The notes below the pieces were generated by a model. It did not search any database and was not told where the DNA came from. It worked only from the letters and a program-made list of their open reading frames with translations. 64,000 bases of DNA from Eledone cirrhosa (taxonomy: Eukaryota), in assembly GCA_964016885.1 (NCBI GenBank), contig OZ024754.1, positions 32,612,001 to 32,676,000 on the forward strand, given 5' to 3'. The translations under genes were made by a program, and so were the position numbers. Positions 14,701-28,906 of the stretch are shown piece by piece. Position 1 is the first letter of the stretch. Each line of letters starts with the position of its first letter.

Positions 14701-17700
14701 CATCCAGTCATTCTTTGGAGTCCTCTATTGTACTCCAACCAAGCCATCAACCCATCCATCCAGTCATTCTTTGGAGTCCTCTATTGTACTCCAACCAAGC
14801 CATCAACCCATCCATCCAGTCATTCTTTGGAGTCCTCTATTGTACTCCAACCAAGCCATCAACCCATCCATCCAGTCATTCTTTGGAGTCCTCTATTGTA
14901 CTGCAACCAAGCCATCAATCCATCCATCCAGTCATTCTTTGGAGTCCTCTATTGTACTCCAACCAAGCCATCAACCCATCCATCCAGTCATTCTTTGGAG
15001 TCCTCTATTGTACTCCAACCAAGCCATCAATCCATCCATCCAGTCATTCTTTAGAGTCCTCTATTGTACTCCAACCAAGCCATCAACCCATCCATCCAGT
15101 CATTCTTTGGAGTCCTCTATTGTACTCCAACCAAGCCATCAACCCATCCATCCAGTCATTCTTTGGAGTCCTCTATTGTACTCCAACCAAGCCATCAATC
15201 CATCCATCCAGTCATTCTTTGGAGTCCTCTATTGTACTCCAACCAAGCCATCAACCCATCCATCCAGTCATTCTTTGGAGTCCTCTATTGTACTCCAACC
15301 AAACCATCAATCCATCCATCCAGTCATTCTTTGGAGTCCTCTATTGTACTCCAACCAAGCCATCAACCCATCCACCCAGTCATTCTTTGGAGTCCTCTAT
15401 TGTACTCCAACCAAGCCATCAATCCATCCATCCAGTCATTCTTTGGAGCCCTCTATTGTACTCCAACCAAGCCATCAACCCATCCATCCAGTCATTCTTT
15501 GGAGTCCTCTATTGTACTCCAACCAAGCCATCAATCCATCCATCCAGTCATATTTTGGGGTCCTCTATTGTACTCCAACCAAGCCACCAATCCATCCAAC
15601 CAGTCATTCTTTGGAGTCCTCTATTTTACTCCAACCAAGCCATCAATCCATCCACCCAGTCATTCTTTGGAGTCCTCTATTGTACTCCAACCAAGCCATC
15701 AACCCATCCATCCAGTCATTCTTTGGAGTCCTCTATTGTACTCCAACCAAGCCATCAACCCATCCATCCAGTCATTCTTTGGAGTCCTCTATTGTACTCC
15801 AACCAAGCCATCAATCCATCCATCCAGTCATTCTTTGGAGTCCTCTATTGTACTCCAACCAAGCCATCAACCCATCCATCCAGTCATTCTTTGGAGTCCT
15901 CTATTGTACTCCAACCAAGCCATCAATCCATCCATCCAGTCATTCTTTGGAGCCCTCTATTGTACTCCAACCAAGCCATCAACCCATCCATCCAGTCATT
16001 CTTTGGAGTCCTCTATTGTACTCCAACCAAGCCATCAACCCATCCATCCAGTCATTCTTTGGAGTCCTCTATTGTACTCCAACCAAGCCATCAATCCATC
16101 CATCCAGTCATTCTTTGGAGTCCTCTATTGTACTCCAACCAAGCCATCAATCCATCCACCCAGTCATTCTTTGGAGTCCTCTATTGTACTCCAACCAAGC
16201 CACCAATCCATCCACCCAGTCTTATTTTGGAGTCCTCTATTGTACTCCAACCAAGCCATCAATCCATCCACCCAGTCATTCTTTGGAGCCCTCTATTGTA
16301 CTCCAACCAAGCCATCAACCCATCCATCCAGTCATTCTTTGGAGTCCTCTATTGTACTCCAACCAAGCCATCAATCCATCCATCCAGTCATTCTTTAGAG
16401 TCCTCTATTGTACTCCAACCAAGCCATCAACCCATCCATCCAGTCATTCTTTGGAGTCCTCTATTGTACTCCAACCAAGCCATCAACCCATCCATCCAGT
16501 CATTCTTTGGAGTCCTCTATTGTACTCCAACCAAGCCATCAATCCATCCATCCAGTCATTCTTTGGAGTCCTCTATTGTACTCCAACCAAGCCATCAACC
16601 CATCCATCCAGTCATTCTTTGGAGTCCTCTATTGTACTCCAACCAAACCATCAATCCATCCATCCAGTCATTCTTTGGAGTCCTCTATTGTACTCCAACC
16701 AAGCCATCAACCCATCCACCCAGTCATTCTTTGGAGTCCTCTATTGTACTCCAACCAAGCCATCAATCCATCCATCCAGTCATTCTTTGGAGCCCTCTAT
16801 TGTACTCCAACCAAGCCATCAACCCATCCATCCAGTCATTCTTTGGAGTCCTCTATTGTACTCCAACCAAGCCATCAATCCATCCATCCAGTCATATTTT
16901 GGGGTCCTCTATTGTACTCCAACCAAGCCACCAATCCATCCAACCAGTCATTCTTTGGAGTCCTCTATTGTACTCCAACCAAGCCATCAATCCATCCACC
17001 CAGTCATTCTTTGGAGTCCTCTATTGTACTCCAACCAAGCCATCAACCCATCCATCCAGTCATTCTTTGGAGTCCTCTATTGTACTCCAACCAAGCCATC
17101 AACCCATCCATCCAGTCATTCTTTGGAGTCCTCTATTGTACTCCAACCAAGCCATCAATCCATCCATCCAGTCATTCTTTGGAGTCCTCTATTGTACTCC
17201 AACCAAGCCATCAACCCATCCATCCAGTCATTCTTTGGAGTCCTCTATTGTACTCCAACCAAGCCATCAATCCATCCATCCAGTCATTCTTTGGAGCCCT
17301 CTATTGTACTCCAACCAAGCCATCAACCCATCCATCCAGTCATTCTTTGGAGTCCTCTATTGTACTCCAACCAAGCCATCAACCCATCCATCCAGTCATT
17401 CTTTGGAGTCCTCTATTGTACTCCAACCAAGCCATCAATCCATCCATCCAGTCATTCTTTGGAGTCCTCTATTGTACTCCAACCAAGCCATCAATCCATC
17501 CACCCAGTCATTCTTTGGAGTCCTCTATTGTACTCCAACCAAGCCACCAATCCATCCACCCAGTCTTATTTTGGAGTCCTCTATTGTACTCCAACCAAGC
17601 CATCAATCCATCCACCCAGTCATTCTTTGGAGTCCTCTATTGTACTCCAACCAAGCCATCAACCCATCCATCCAGTCATTCTTTGGAGTCCTCTATTGTA

Positions 17701-20700
17701 CTCCAACCAAGCCATCAACCCATCCATCCAGTCATTCTTTGGAGTCCTCTATTGTACTCCAACCAAGCCATCAATCCGTCCACCCAGTCATTCTTTGGAG
17801 TCCTCTATTGTACTCCAACCAAGCCACCAATCCATCCACCCAGTCTTATTTTGGAGTCCTCTATTGTACTCCAACCAAGCCATCAATCCATCCATCCAGT
17901 CATTCTTTGGAGTCCTCTATTGTACTCCAACCAAGCCATCAACCCATCCATCCAGTCATTCTTTGGAGTCCTCTATTGTACTCCAACCAAGCCATCAATC
18001 CATCCATCCAGTCATTCTTTGGAGTCCTCTATTGTACTCCAACCAAGCCATCAACCCATCCATCCAGTCATTCTTTGGAGTCCTCTATTGTACTCCAACC
18101 AAGCCATCAACCCATCCATCCAGTCATTCTTTGGAGTCCTCTATTGTACTCCAACCAAGCCATCAATCCATCCATCCAGTCATTCTTTGGAGTCCTCTAT
18201 TGTACTCCAACCAAGCCATCAACCCATCCATCCAGTCATTCTTTGGAGTCCTCTATTGTACTCCAACAAAGCCATCAATCCATCCATCCAGTCATTCTTT
18301 AGAGTCCTCTATTGTACTCCAACCAAGCCATCAACCCATCCATCCAGTCATTCTTTGGAGTCCTCTATTGTACTCCAACCAAGCCATCAACCCATCCATC
18401 CAGTCATTCTTTGGAGTCCTCTATTGTACTCCAACCAAGCCATCAATCCATCCATCCAGTCATTCTTTGGAGTCCTCTATTGTACTCCAACCAAGCCATC
18501 AACCCATCCATCCAGTCATTCTTTGGAGTCCTCTATTGTACTCCAACCAAACCATCAATCCATCCATCCAGTCATTCTTTGGAGTCCTCTATTGTACTCC
18601 AACCAAGCCATCAACCCATCCATCCAGTCATTCTTTTGAGTCCTCTATTGTACTCCAACCAAGCCATCAATCCATCCATCCAGTCATATTTTGGGGTCCT
18701 CTATTGTACTCCAACCAAGCCACCAATCCATCCAACCAGTCATTCTTTGGAGTCCTCTATTGTACTCCAACCAAGCCATCAATCCATCCACCCAGTCATT
18801 CTTTGGAGTCCTCTATTGTACTCCAACCAAGCCATCAACCCATCCATCCAGTCATTCTTTGGAGTCCTCTATTGTACTCCAACCAAGCCATCAACCCATC
18901 CATCCAGTCATTCTTTGGAGTCCTCTATTGTACTCCAACCAAGCCATCAATCCATCCATCCAGTCATTCTTTGGAGTCCTCTATTGTACTCCAACCAAGC
19001 CATCAACCCATCCATCCAGTCATTCTTTGGAGTCCTCTATTGTACTCCAACCAAGCCATCAATCCATCCATCCAGTCATTCTTTGGAGCCCTCTATTGTA
19101 CTCCAACCAAGCCATCAACCCATCCATCCAGTCATTCTTTGGAGTCCTCTATTGTACTCCAACCAAGCCATCAACCCATCCATCCAGTCATTCTTTGGAG
19201 TCCTCTATTGTACTCCAACCAAGCCATCAATCCATCCATCCAGTCATTCTTTGGAGTCCTCTATTGTACTCCAACCAAGCCATCAATCCATCCACCCAGT
19301 CATTCTTTGGAGTCCTCTATTGTACTCCAACCAAGCCACCAATCCATCCACCCAGTCTTATTTTGGAGTCCTCTATTGTACTCCAACCAAGCCATCAATC
19401 CATCCACCCAGTCATTTTTTGGAGCCCTCTATTGTACTCCAACCAAGCCATCAACCCATCCATCCAGTCATTCTTTGGAGTCCTCTATTGTACTCCAACC
19501 AAGCCATCAATCCATCCATCCAGTCATTCTTTAGAGTCCTCTATTGTACTCCAACCAAGCCATCAACCCATCCATCCAGTCATTCTTTGGAGTCCTCTAT
19601 TGTACTCCAACCAAGCCATCAACCCATCCATCCAGTCATTCTTTGGAGTCCTCTATTGTACTCCAACCAAGCCATCAATCCATCCATCCAGTCATTCTTT
19701 GGAGTCCTCTATTGTACTCCAACCAAGCCATCAACCCATCCATCCAGTCATTCTTTGGAGTCCTCTATTGTACTCCAACCAAACCATCAATCCATCCATC
19801 CAGTCATTCTTTGGAGTCCTCTATTGTACTCCAACCAAGCCATCAACCCATCCACCCAGTCATTCTTTGGAGTCCTCTATTGTACTCCAACCAAGCCATC
19901 AATCCATCCATCCAGTCATTCTTTGGAGCCCTCTATTGTACTCCAACCAAGCCATCAACCCATCCATCCAGTCATTCTTTGGAGTCCTCTATTGTACTCC
20001 AACCAAGCCATCAATCCATCCATCCAGTCATATTTTGGGGTCCTCTATTGTACTCCAACCAAGCCACCAATCCATCCAACCAGTCATTCTTTGGAGTCCT
20101 CTATTGTACTCCAACCAAGCCATCAATCCATCCACCCAGTCATTCTTTGGAGTCCTCTATTGTACTCCAACCAAGCCATCAACCCATCCATCCAGTCATT
20201 CTTTGGAGTCCTCTATTGTACTCCAACCAAGCCATCAACCCATCCATCCAGTCATTCTTTGGAGTCCTCTATTGTACTCCAACCAAGCCATCAATCCATC
20301 CATCCAGTCATTCTTTGGAGTCCTCTATTGTACTCCAACCAAGCCATCAACCCATCCATCCAGTCATTCTTTGGAGTCCTCTATTGTACTCCAACCAAGC
20401 CATCAATCCATCCATCCAGTCATTCTTTGGAGCCCTCTATTGTACTCCAACCAAGCCATCAACCCATCCATCCAGTCATTCTTTGGAGTCCTCTATTGTA
20501 CTCCAACCAAGCCATCAACCCATCCATCCAGTCATTCTTTGGAGTCCTCTATTGTACTCCAACCAAGCCATCAATCCATCCATCCAGTCATTCTTTGGAG
20601 TCCTCTATTGTACTCCAACCAAGCCATCAATCCATCCACCCAGTCATTCTTTGGAGTCCTCTATTGTACTCCAACCAAGCCACCAATCCATCCACCCAGT

Positions 20701-23700
20701 CTTATTTTGGAGTCCTCTATTGTACTCCAACCAAGCCATCAATCCATCCACCCAGTCATTCTTTGGAGTCCTCTATTGTACTCCAACCAAGCCATCAATC
20801 CATCCACCCAGTCATATTTTGGAGTCCTCTATTGTACTCCAACCAAGCCACCAAGCCATCCAACCAGTCATATTTTGGAGTCCTCTATTGTACTCCAACC
20901 AAGCCACCAATCTATCCAACCAGTCATATTTTGGAGTCCTCTATTGTACTCCAGCCAAGCCACCAATGCATCCAACCAGTCATATTTTGGAGTCCTCTAT
21001 TGTACTCCAACCAAGCCACCAATCCATCCAACCAGTCATTCTTTGGAGTCCTCTATTGTACTCCAACCAAGCCATCAATCCATCCAACCAGTCATATTTT
21101 GGAGTCCTCTATTGTACTCCAACCAAGCCACCAATCCATCCAACCAGTCATATTTTGGAGTCCTCTATTGTACTCCAGCCAGGCCATCAATCCATCCATC
21201 CAGTCATTCTTTGGAGTCCTCTATTGTACTCCAACCAAGCCATCAATCCATCCAACCAGTCATATTTTGGAGTCCTCTATTGTACTCCAACCAAGCCATC
21301 AATCCATCCAACCAGTCATATTTTGGAGTCCTCTATTGTACTCCAGCCAGGCCATCAATCCATCCATCCAGTCATTCTTTGGAGTCCTCTATTGTACTCC
21401 AACCAAGCCACCAATCCATCCAACCAGTCATTCTTTGGAGTCCTCTATTGTACTCCAACCAAGCCACCAATCCATCCAACCAGTCATTCTTTGGAGTCCT
21501 CTATTGTACTCCAACCAAGCCACCAATCCATCCAACCAGTCATTCTTTGGAGTCCTCTATTGTACTCCAACCAAGCCACCAATCCATCCAACCAGTCATT
21601 CTTTGGAGTCCTCTATTGTACTCCAACCAAGCCATCAACCCATCCATCCAGTCATTCTTTGGAGTCCTCTATTGTACTCCAACCAAGCCATCAGCCCATC
21701 CATCCAGTCATTCTTTGGAGTCCTCTATTGTACTCCAACCAAGCCATCAACCCATCCATCCAGTCATTCTTTGGAGTCCTCTATTGTACTCCAACCAAGC
21801 CATCAACCCATCCATCCAGTCATTCTTTGGAGTCCTCTATTGTACTCCAACCAAGCCATCAACCCATCCATCCAGTCATTCTTTGGAGTCCTCTATTGTA
21901 CTCCAACCAAGCCATCAACCCATCCATCCAGTCATTCTTTGGAGTCCTCTATTGTACTCCAACCAAGCCATCAATCCATCCATCCAGTCATTCTTTGGAG
22001 TCCTCTATTGTACTCCAACCAAGCCATCAACCCATCCATCCAGTCATTCTTTGGAGTCCTCTATTGTACTCCAACCAGGCCATCAATCCATCCATCCAGT
22101 CATTCTTTGGAGCCCTCTATTGTACTCCAACCAAGCCATCAACCCATCCATCCAGTCATTCTTTGGAGTCCTCTATTGTACTCCAACCAAGCCATCAACC
22201 CATCCATCCAGTCATTCTTTGGAGTCCTCTATTGTACTCCAACCAAGCCATCAATCCATCCACCCAGTCATTCTTTGGAGTCCTCTATTGTACTCCAACC
22301 AAGCCATCAATCCATCCACCCAGTCATTCTTTGGAGTCCTCTATTGTACTCCAACCAAGCCACCAATCCATCCACCCAGTCTTATTTTGGAGTCCTCTAT
22401 TGTACTCCAACCAAGCCATCAATCCATCCACCCAGTCATTCTTTGGAGTCCTCTATTGTACTCCAACCAAGCCATCAATCCATCCACCCAGTCATTCTTT
22501 GGAGTCCTCTATTGTACTCCAACCAAGCCACCAATCCATCCACCCAGTCTTATTTTGGAGTCCTCTATTGTACTCCAACCAAGCCATCAATCCATCCACC
22601 CAGTCATTCTTTGGAGTCCTCTATTGTACTCCAACCAAGCCATCAATCCATCCACCCAGTCATATTTTGGAGTCCTCTATTGTACTCCAACCAAGCCACC
22701 AATCCATCCAACCAGTCATATTTTGGAGTCCTCTATTGTACTCCAACCAAGCCACCAATCCATCCAACCAGTCATATTTTGGAGTCCTCTATTGTACTCC
22801 AGCCAAGCCACCAATCCATCCAACCAGTCATATTTTGGAGTCCTCTATTGTACTCCAACCAAGCCACCAATCCATCCAACCAGTCATTCTTTGGAGTCCT
22901 CTATTGTACTCCAACCAAGCCATCAATCCATCCAACCAGTCATATTTTGGAGTCCTCTATTGTACTCCAACCAAGCCACCAATCCATCCAACCAGTCATA
23001 TTTTGGAGTCCTCTATTGTACTCCAGCCAGGCCATCAATCCATCCATCCAGTCATTCTTTGGAGTCCTCTATTGTACTCCAACCAAGCCACCAATCCATC
23101 CAACCAGTCATTCTTTGGAGTCCTCTATTGTACTCCAACCAAGCCACCAATCCATCCAACCAGTCATTCTTTGGAGTCCTCTATTGTACTCCAACCAAGC
23201 CACCAATCCATCCAACCAGTCATTCTTTGGAGTCCTCTATTCTACTCCAACCAAGCCACCAATCCATCCAACCAGTCATTCTTTGGAGTCCTCTATTGTA
23301 CTCCAACCAAGCCATCAATCCATCCATCCAGTCATATTTTGGGGTCCTCTATTGTACTCCAACCAAGCCATCAATCCATCCATCCAGTCATATTTTGGGG
23401 TCCTCTATTGTACTCCAACCAAGCCACCAATCCATCCAACCAGTCATTCTTTGGAGTCCTCTATTGTACTCCAACCAAGCCATCAATCCATCCACCCAGT
23501 CATATTTTGGAGTCCTCTATTGTACTCCAGCCAAGCCATCAATCCATCCAACCAGTCATATTTTGGGGTCCTCTATTGTACTCCAACCAAGCCATCAATC
23601 CATCCATCCAGTCATTCTTTGGAGTCCTCTATTGTACTCCAACCAAGCCACCAATCCATCCAACCAGTCATTCTTTGGAGCCCTCTATTGTACTCCAACC

Positions 23701-24010
23701 AAGCCATCAATCCATCCAACCAGTCATTCTTTGGAGCCCTCTATTGTACTCCAGCCAAGCCATCAATCCATCCAACCAGTCATATTTTGGAGTCCTCTAT
23801 TGTACTCCAACCAAGCCACCAATCCATCCAACCAGTCATTCTTTGGAGTCCTCTATTGTACTCCAACCAAGCCATCAATCCATCCAACCAGTCATATTTT
23901 GGGGTCCTCTATTGTACTCCAACCAAGCCATCAATCCATCCATCCAGTCATATTTTGGAGCCCTCTATCTTCATTGTACTCTGACCAAGCCACTAATCCA
24001 CCCATCCAGC
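11735..24010. repeat. 56-bp minisatellite array, ~218 copies, with higher-order repeats
   Basis: Monomer GGAGTCCTCTATTGTACTCCAACCAAGCCATCAAYCCATCCAYCCAGTCATTCTTT repeated head-to-tail without spacers. Confidence 0.98.
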
Positions 24011-24224
24011 CATACTTTTAGTGATCCGCTATACCCAGAAGCCATTGTTGTACAGCAGACGACATTGAAGAAAGGAAGAGGGTAGAGAAAGCAATCCAAA
24101 GCTTCCGGATTCGATCCCACAGCGAATTATGCCAATCAACCAACATAAATGCTCTTTGATTCACGTAATCCTTCTTTCTTTTTCTATGTCACCCAGACTA
24201 AATCAGGATTGTTTAAAATGCTTT

Positions 24225-24257
24225 CTATATCATTCTTTCTCTCTTCTTTTATCTACT

Positions 24258-24290
<33 letters not shown>

Positions 24291-24318
24291 CTTTCATTCT
24301 TTTTTTTTGCTTTCTGTT

Positions 24319-24390
<72 letters not shown>

Positions 24391-24400
24391 TCATTCACAA
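24225..24400. repeat. (TTTC)n microsatellite
   Basis: Direct reading. Confidence 0.9.
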
Positions 24401-25080
24401 CATCATTCATTTTTTTCTCTACTTCCGGTGTTGCTTCCGTCTCATTATAATTCACTCTTCAGTAGAGTGGGAGGAACATAAGCCCTAGAGCACCGAACTT
24501 GAAGTCTTACAGTATTTCATTTCGTTCATTTAGGCACTACGTTTACAACACTGTAAGGTAGACAACTCACTGTTCTTCCCTCCAAAAAAGAAAAGAGCTG
24601 ATTGTCATATTAGGCCAAAGAAACTATGTTTCCAATGGTTTTGTCACTGCCAAAAATACGTACCGGTTGAAAATCCTAGCAGAAGGAAGCAGGATTTGAA
24701 CTCAGGATAAACAGAACCGGATTAGATAACGGAAAGCATCCCATCTGTCAGATAAACAATTCTGTCAATCCAATCTCTCCAGACAGGTATTTCATTTTAT
24801 TGATTATCGATCCTGAAAGGATCCAGTAAGGATTTGAACTCAGAGGGCAATGAGACGAAATAAATATATAACCGTTTAACGCTTTAGCATTTAAACCGGC
24901 CGTATCCGGCCAGAATTTTCTCACCTCTTTCTGTTCAAACCAGCCATAACCGGCTATTCATACTTATGTTAAGGCATTGTTCCCAAAATAGATAATATCA
25001 AAATCTCATAGATTCGATATTATGTGAGATAATTATGTAAAAAAAAGCGTTTACCGTGAAAATCAATAGTATATATAAAA

Positions 25081-25252
25081 TAATTGTTTCTACTTTTAGC
25101 ACAAGGCCAGCAATTATCCCAGTGCATTACTGGTATTTTATTTTATCGACTCCGTAAGGATGAAAGGATTGAACTCAGAAATAAAGGGCCATAACTCTAT
25201 GCTGCAAAGCATGGTGTCCGACGCTCTACCGATTCTGCCAATCCACCGCCCT
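25081..25252 (-). mobile_element. SINE family A with small internal deletion
   Basis: Matches consensus but lacks about 20 bp between the core and the B-box. Confidence 0.8.
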
Positions 25253-25537
25253 TAGAGTATATATAGAGTAATATAAGTAAAAATGGTTAATCCGGTGCCC
25301 TAAATACTCTGTTGATTCGCCGTCAAAATCAATGACTTAAATACCTGTCATATACTCCGTCGATTTAATAGATCATACTACGTCCTTACAAATATGTAGT
25401 GATATGCCTATGTAATTCGGAATGCCATCTCCATACAAAATTAGCTTTCCTTGATAATTTCTTTCTGATTGGTCATGTTTATAGACACAAAGTCGTTATC
25501 GGAGAGTTTAACGCCCGAGTCTAGTTCTACAAGGAGC

Positions 25538-26042
25538 ACCCCTTCTCCCAGTTATGTCACCCATTCTCCCAGTTATCTCACCCCTTCTCCCAGTTATGTC
25601 ACCCATTCTCTCAGTTATATCAACCTCTTCTCACAGTTATGTCACCCCTTCTGCCAGTTATGTCACCCATTCTCCCCAGTTATATCAACCTCTTCTCCTA
25701 GTTATGTCATTCATTCTCCCAGTTATATCACCTATTCTCCCAGATATATCAACCTCTTCGCCCAGTTATGTCACCCACTCTCCCAGTTATGTCACCCCTT
25801 CTCCCAGTTATGTCACCCCTTCTTCCAGTTATGTCACCCCTTCTCCCAGTTGTACCATCCCTTCTCCCAGTTGTGCATGCCATCCCTTCTCCCAGTTATG
25901 CCACCCGTTCTCCCAGTTATGACACCCCTTCTACCAGTTATGTCACCCCTTCTCCCAGTTATGTCACCCTCTTCTCCCAGTTATGTCACCCTATTCTCCC
26001 AGTTATGTCACCCATTCTCCCAGTTATGTCACCCCTTCTCCC
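25538..26042. repeat. 21-22 bp minisatellite (TATGTCACCCCTTCTCCCAGT)n
   Basis: About 23 imperfect tandem copies. Confidence 0.92.
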
Positions 26043-26238
26043 CCCAAAAATATCTACAGCTTAATGATTCGTAAATTGACGAACTAAGAAATTTAGTAGA
26101 CCTGCATTTCCAACTACACTGTCCACATTCACCTATGCCAATCACCACCACGACCACATAATCTACCCAGCTCACCATTCGTTGTTATATTTTGTTCAAA
26201 CACCAATCATACCTGGTTGTTAGTGTCTCTGTGTGGAC

Positions 26239-26239
26239 G

Positions 26240-26301
<62 letters not shown>

Positions 26302-26860
26302 GCTGCTGCTGCTGCTGATGTTGCTGCTGATGTAGTTTTTGTTGTTGATGTTGTTGCTGTTGCTGTTGCTGTTGTTGTTAGCCAAACTGACTTTTGGTCA
26401 TCACACACACCTACCCACAAACACACACACACACCTACCCACACACACCCACACACACACCACCCACAACACACGCACACCCACCCACAAACACACACAC
26501 ACCAACCCCAACACACGCACACACACAAGCACATACATACACGCGCATGCACACACACACAGACGCATAAACACAAACACTCTCACGCACACAAACACAC
26601 ATACACACACATACACAAGAAAACACCACAGCCGTCACACGTGAAACACACACACACACACACACACACAGACATACACACACATACACACGCACACACA
26701 CCAGAGAACCCCGCAGTCGTCCTTCACACATACAAACACAAGAGGATCCCACAGTGGCCACACTCGAAACACGCACACGCATGTATACACACAAACGTAC
26801 ACACACACACACGTACACACTCACAATAGAACCCCAAAGTCGTCACACATGCAACACACG
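26239..26860. repeat. (GTT/GCT)n followed by degenerate (CA)n
   Basis: Direct reading. Confidence 0.9.
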
Positions 26861-27156
26861 CTGTCACTTTCATTTATTTCATATCCTTAAGACATAATTA
26901 AATGATGAAGACAAAAAAATATAATAATCACAATAACGACATTTCATTATAGAGTTCTCTCCCTTTCCCCCTCACTCTAACTGTCTCTCTCTCACTCATT
27001 CTCCCTCACTCCTTCTTTTTCTCCCTCTCTCCTCACCTCTCTTTCTCCTCCCTCTCCTACCCCCCCTTTCTGATGTACTCTTGTCGATCTTTTCCTTTCC
27101 TTGATTTACTCACTTTTCCTTTGAAATGCAAATGTTTCTATAAGTAACAAACAGTA

Positions 27157-27194
<38 letters not shown>

Positions 27195-27289
27195 TGTGTG
27201 TGCGTGTGTGTGTGTGTGTGCGTGTGAGTATGTATATGCTGCATATATATGCGTGTCTGTGTGTGTATGTATATATATATATATATACA

Positions 27290-27765
27290 ATGAGTTATTT
27301 AATTTGTTGATTATTCAACAAAGTTAACTTATAACAGATTAAAAGCACTCAACAGTTTTTTGGGGGGAGTATAATATCAATAATATTAATAAATGGAAAC
27401 TATCTTTATAAAACCATATTTCATTATAAAAATTTCAAGGGTTCCAGTATTAAATAATTATCAGAATTATTTTTGAAAAGATAATTATTTAAATATATCT
27501 ATTTATCTAGGGTCTAAACATAACGGCCTTTTTCAGTTTTAACGTTATCCTCATTAGCATATTCATCCTGAGTTTCGAAGTTTCATTCACTATTTACATA
27601 GAACTCATAACATTAAGTTCATATGTAGATATGTCATTATCTGTAAACCAATTATGTATTTTATCTAACGGTAGCGTGCCAAAATACTGGTACCCTTGAA
27701 ATATATATAATAAAATATGGTTTTATAAAGATAGTTTCCATTTATTAATATTATTGATATATATA
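27290..27765. mobile_element. Fold-back PLE-like element family 'P2'
   Basis: Inverted arms about 27372-27452 and 27683-27760; decayed TTTTATCTAACG...TTGAAATAT motif; homologous to 55390-55680. Confidence 0.55.
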
Positions 27766-27951
27766 TATATCGCGTCCCCTTTATTTACGTGTCCCAACGA
27801 CTTTTTTTAGCTGTTGCTCGCACCAACCGGAGGTATATGGTCTTTAAAGCGATGAAATGCCTATGATGGTTGGAAGATCACTGATGAAGGACAAACTTTT
27901 TTCATATGTAACCCATTTGCAACTCCGCAGCGCCCTTATTATCATATTTAC

Positions 27952-27998
<47 letters not shown>

Positions 27999-28124
27999 TG
28001 TATGTATATATATGCATGTCTGTGTGTGTATGTGTATATATATATGTATATATATGGCTGACTAAATACGCACGTGTGTTTTTTTCCCCCCTTTCTTTCC
28101 TCATTTTCCTGTTCCTTCCCCTTC

Positions 28125-28700
28125 TAACTCTTTACTTTCTATTTATCTTCTATTACTAACTCTATCTTCTCATGAAGGACTAGCATCCGAAACGTTAAGA
28201 CTCTCTTCCTGCTATTTCAAGCGTTAAGCTAATATATTTCTTCTATATAGTGTGTCGTTTGTTTTGTTATTTCTGTTTACCTTTTACATACATATATTAT
28301 CTACTCAAATGTTTCTGTTACTGTCTTTTATATTTTCTTGTGATTTCTCCGCTGATTATTTTGCTGAGTAATATTGCTAAAGCCATCATCAACGTTTCCA
28401 AACCACCTATGTGCATTTCTCTCACAAATCCTAACACCCACACCCACACACACACATATATATATGTTGGTTTTACAAGAGATGTCAACATGACTGGACC
28501 TGTAAATTTTCTCTAAAAATGTTTTTTCAAAGTCCACCCCACCCGCCCCTTCAATCTTTCTAATTTCTCATTCTTCCTTCTGATGAAGGTTTAACGTCCG
28601 AAACGTTAAGACCCTCTTCCTGCTATTTGAAGCATTAACCTAATATATTCCTTCCATACACCGTACCGATTGTGTTGTTATTTCTGTTTACCTTTTACAC
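28125..28700 (+). mobile_element. Two copies of family P1 with hammerhead-like cores
   Basis: CTCATGAAGGACTAGCATCCGAAACGTTA (28169, core mutated) and CTGATGAAGGTTTAACGTCCGAAACGTTA (28580). Confidence 0.65.
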
Positions 28701-28719
28701 ACACACACACACACACACG

Positions 28720-28790
<71 letters not shown>

Positions 28791-28796
<6 letters not shown>

Positions 28797-28906
28797 GTAA
28801 TAAACGAAAGATATATACTTTATATCATCTCTATTTATTTCATTATATATATAATGAAATAAATAGAGATGATATAAAGTATATATCTTTCGTTTATTAC
28901 TATTAT
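28791..28906. repeat. Perfect 116-bp palindrome
   Basis: Symmetric about 28848/28849 (CATTATAT|ATATAATG). Confidence 0.9.

Noticed and set aside
11735-19534. 2599-aa ORF (and overlapping 1500-2100 aa ORFs) as a real gene
   Set aside because: Arithmetic consequence of a stop-free 56-bp monomer; non-ATG starts, no unique domain, and variants not frame-biased as far as I can see
11735-24010. CRISPR array
   Set aside because: No unique spacers, no cas genes, eukaryotic context
23900-24020. Minus strand of the long monomer reads WLGQSTMKIEGSKI*LDGWIDG, loosely like an RTE C-terminus
   Set aside because: Too short and weak; the flanks do not extend the similarity
11093-24095. 13-bp inverted match (ATTGCTTTCTCTA / TAGAGAAAGCAAT) bracketing the array as possible TIRs
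   Set aside because: Short, asymmetric in distance from the array, and no TSD seen
24888-25060. TTAACGCTTTAGCATTTAAACCGGCC as a DNA transposon end
   Set aside because: No partner TIR or second copy in the window
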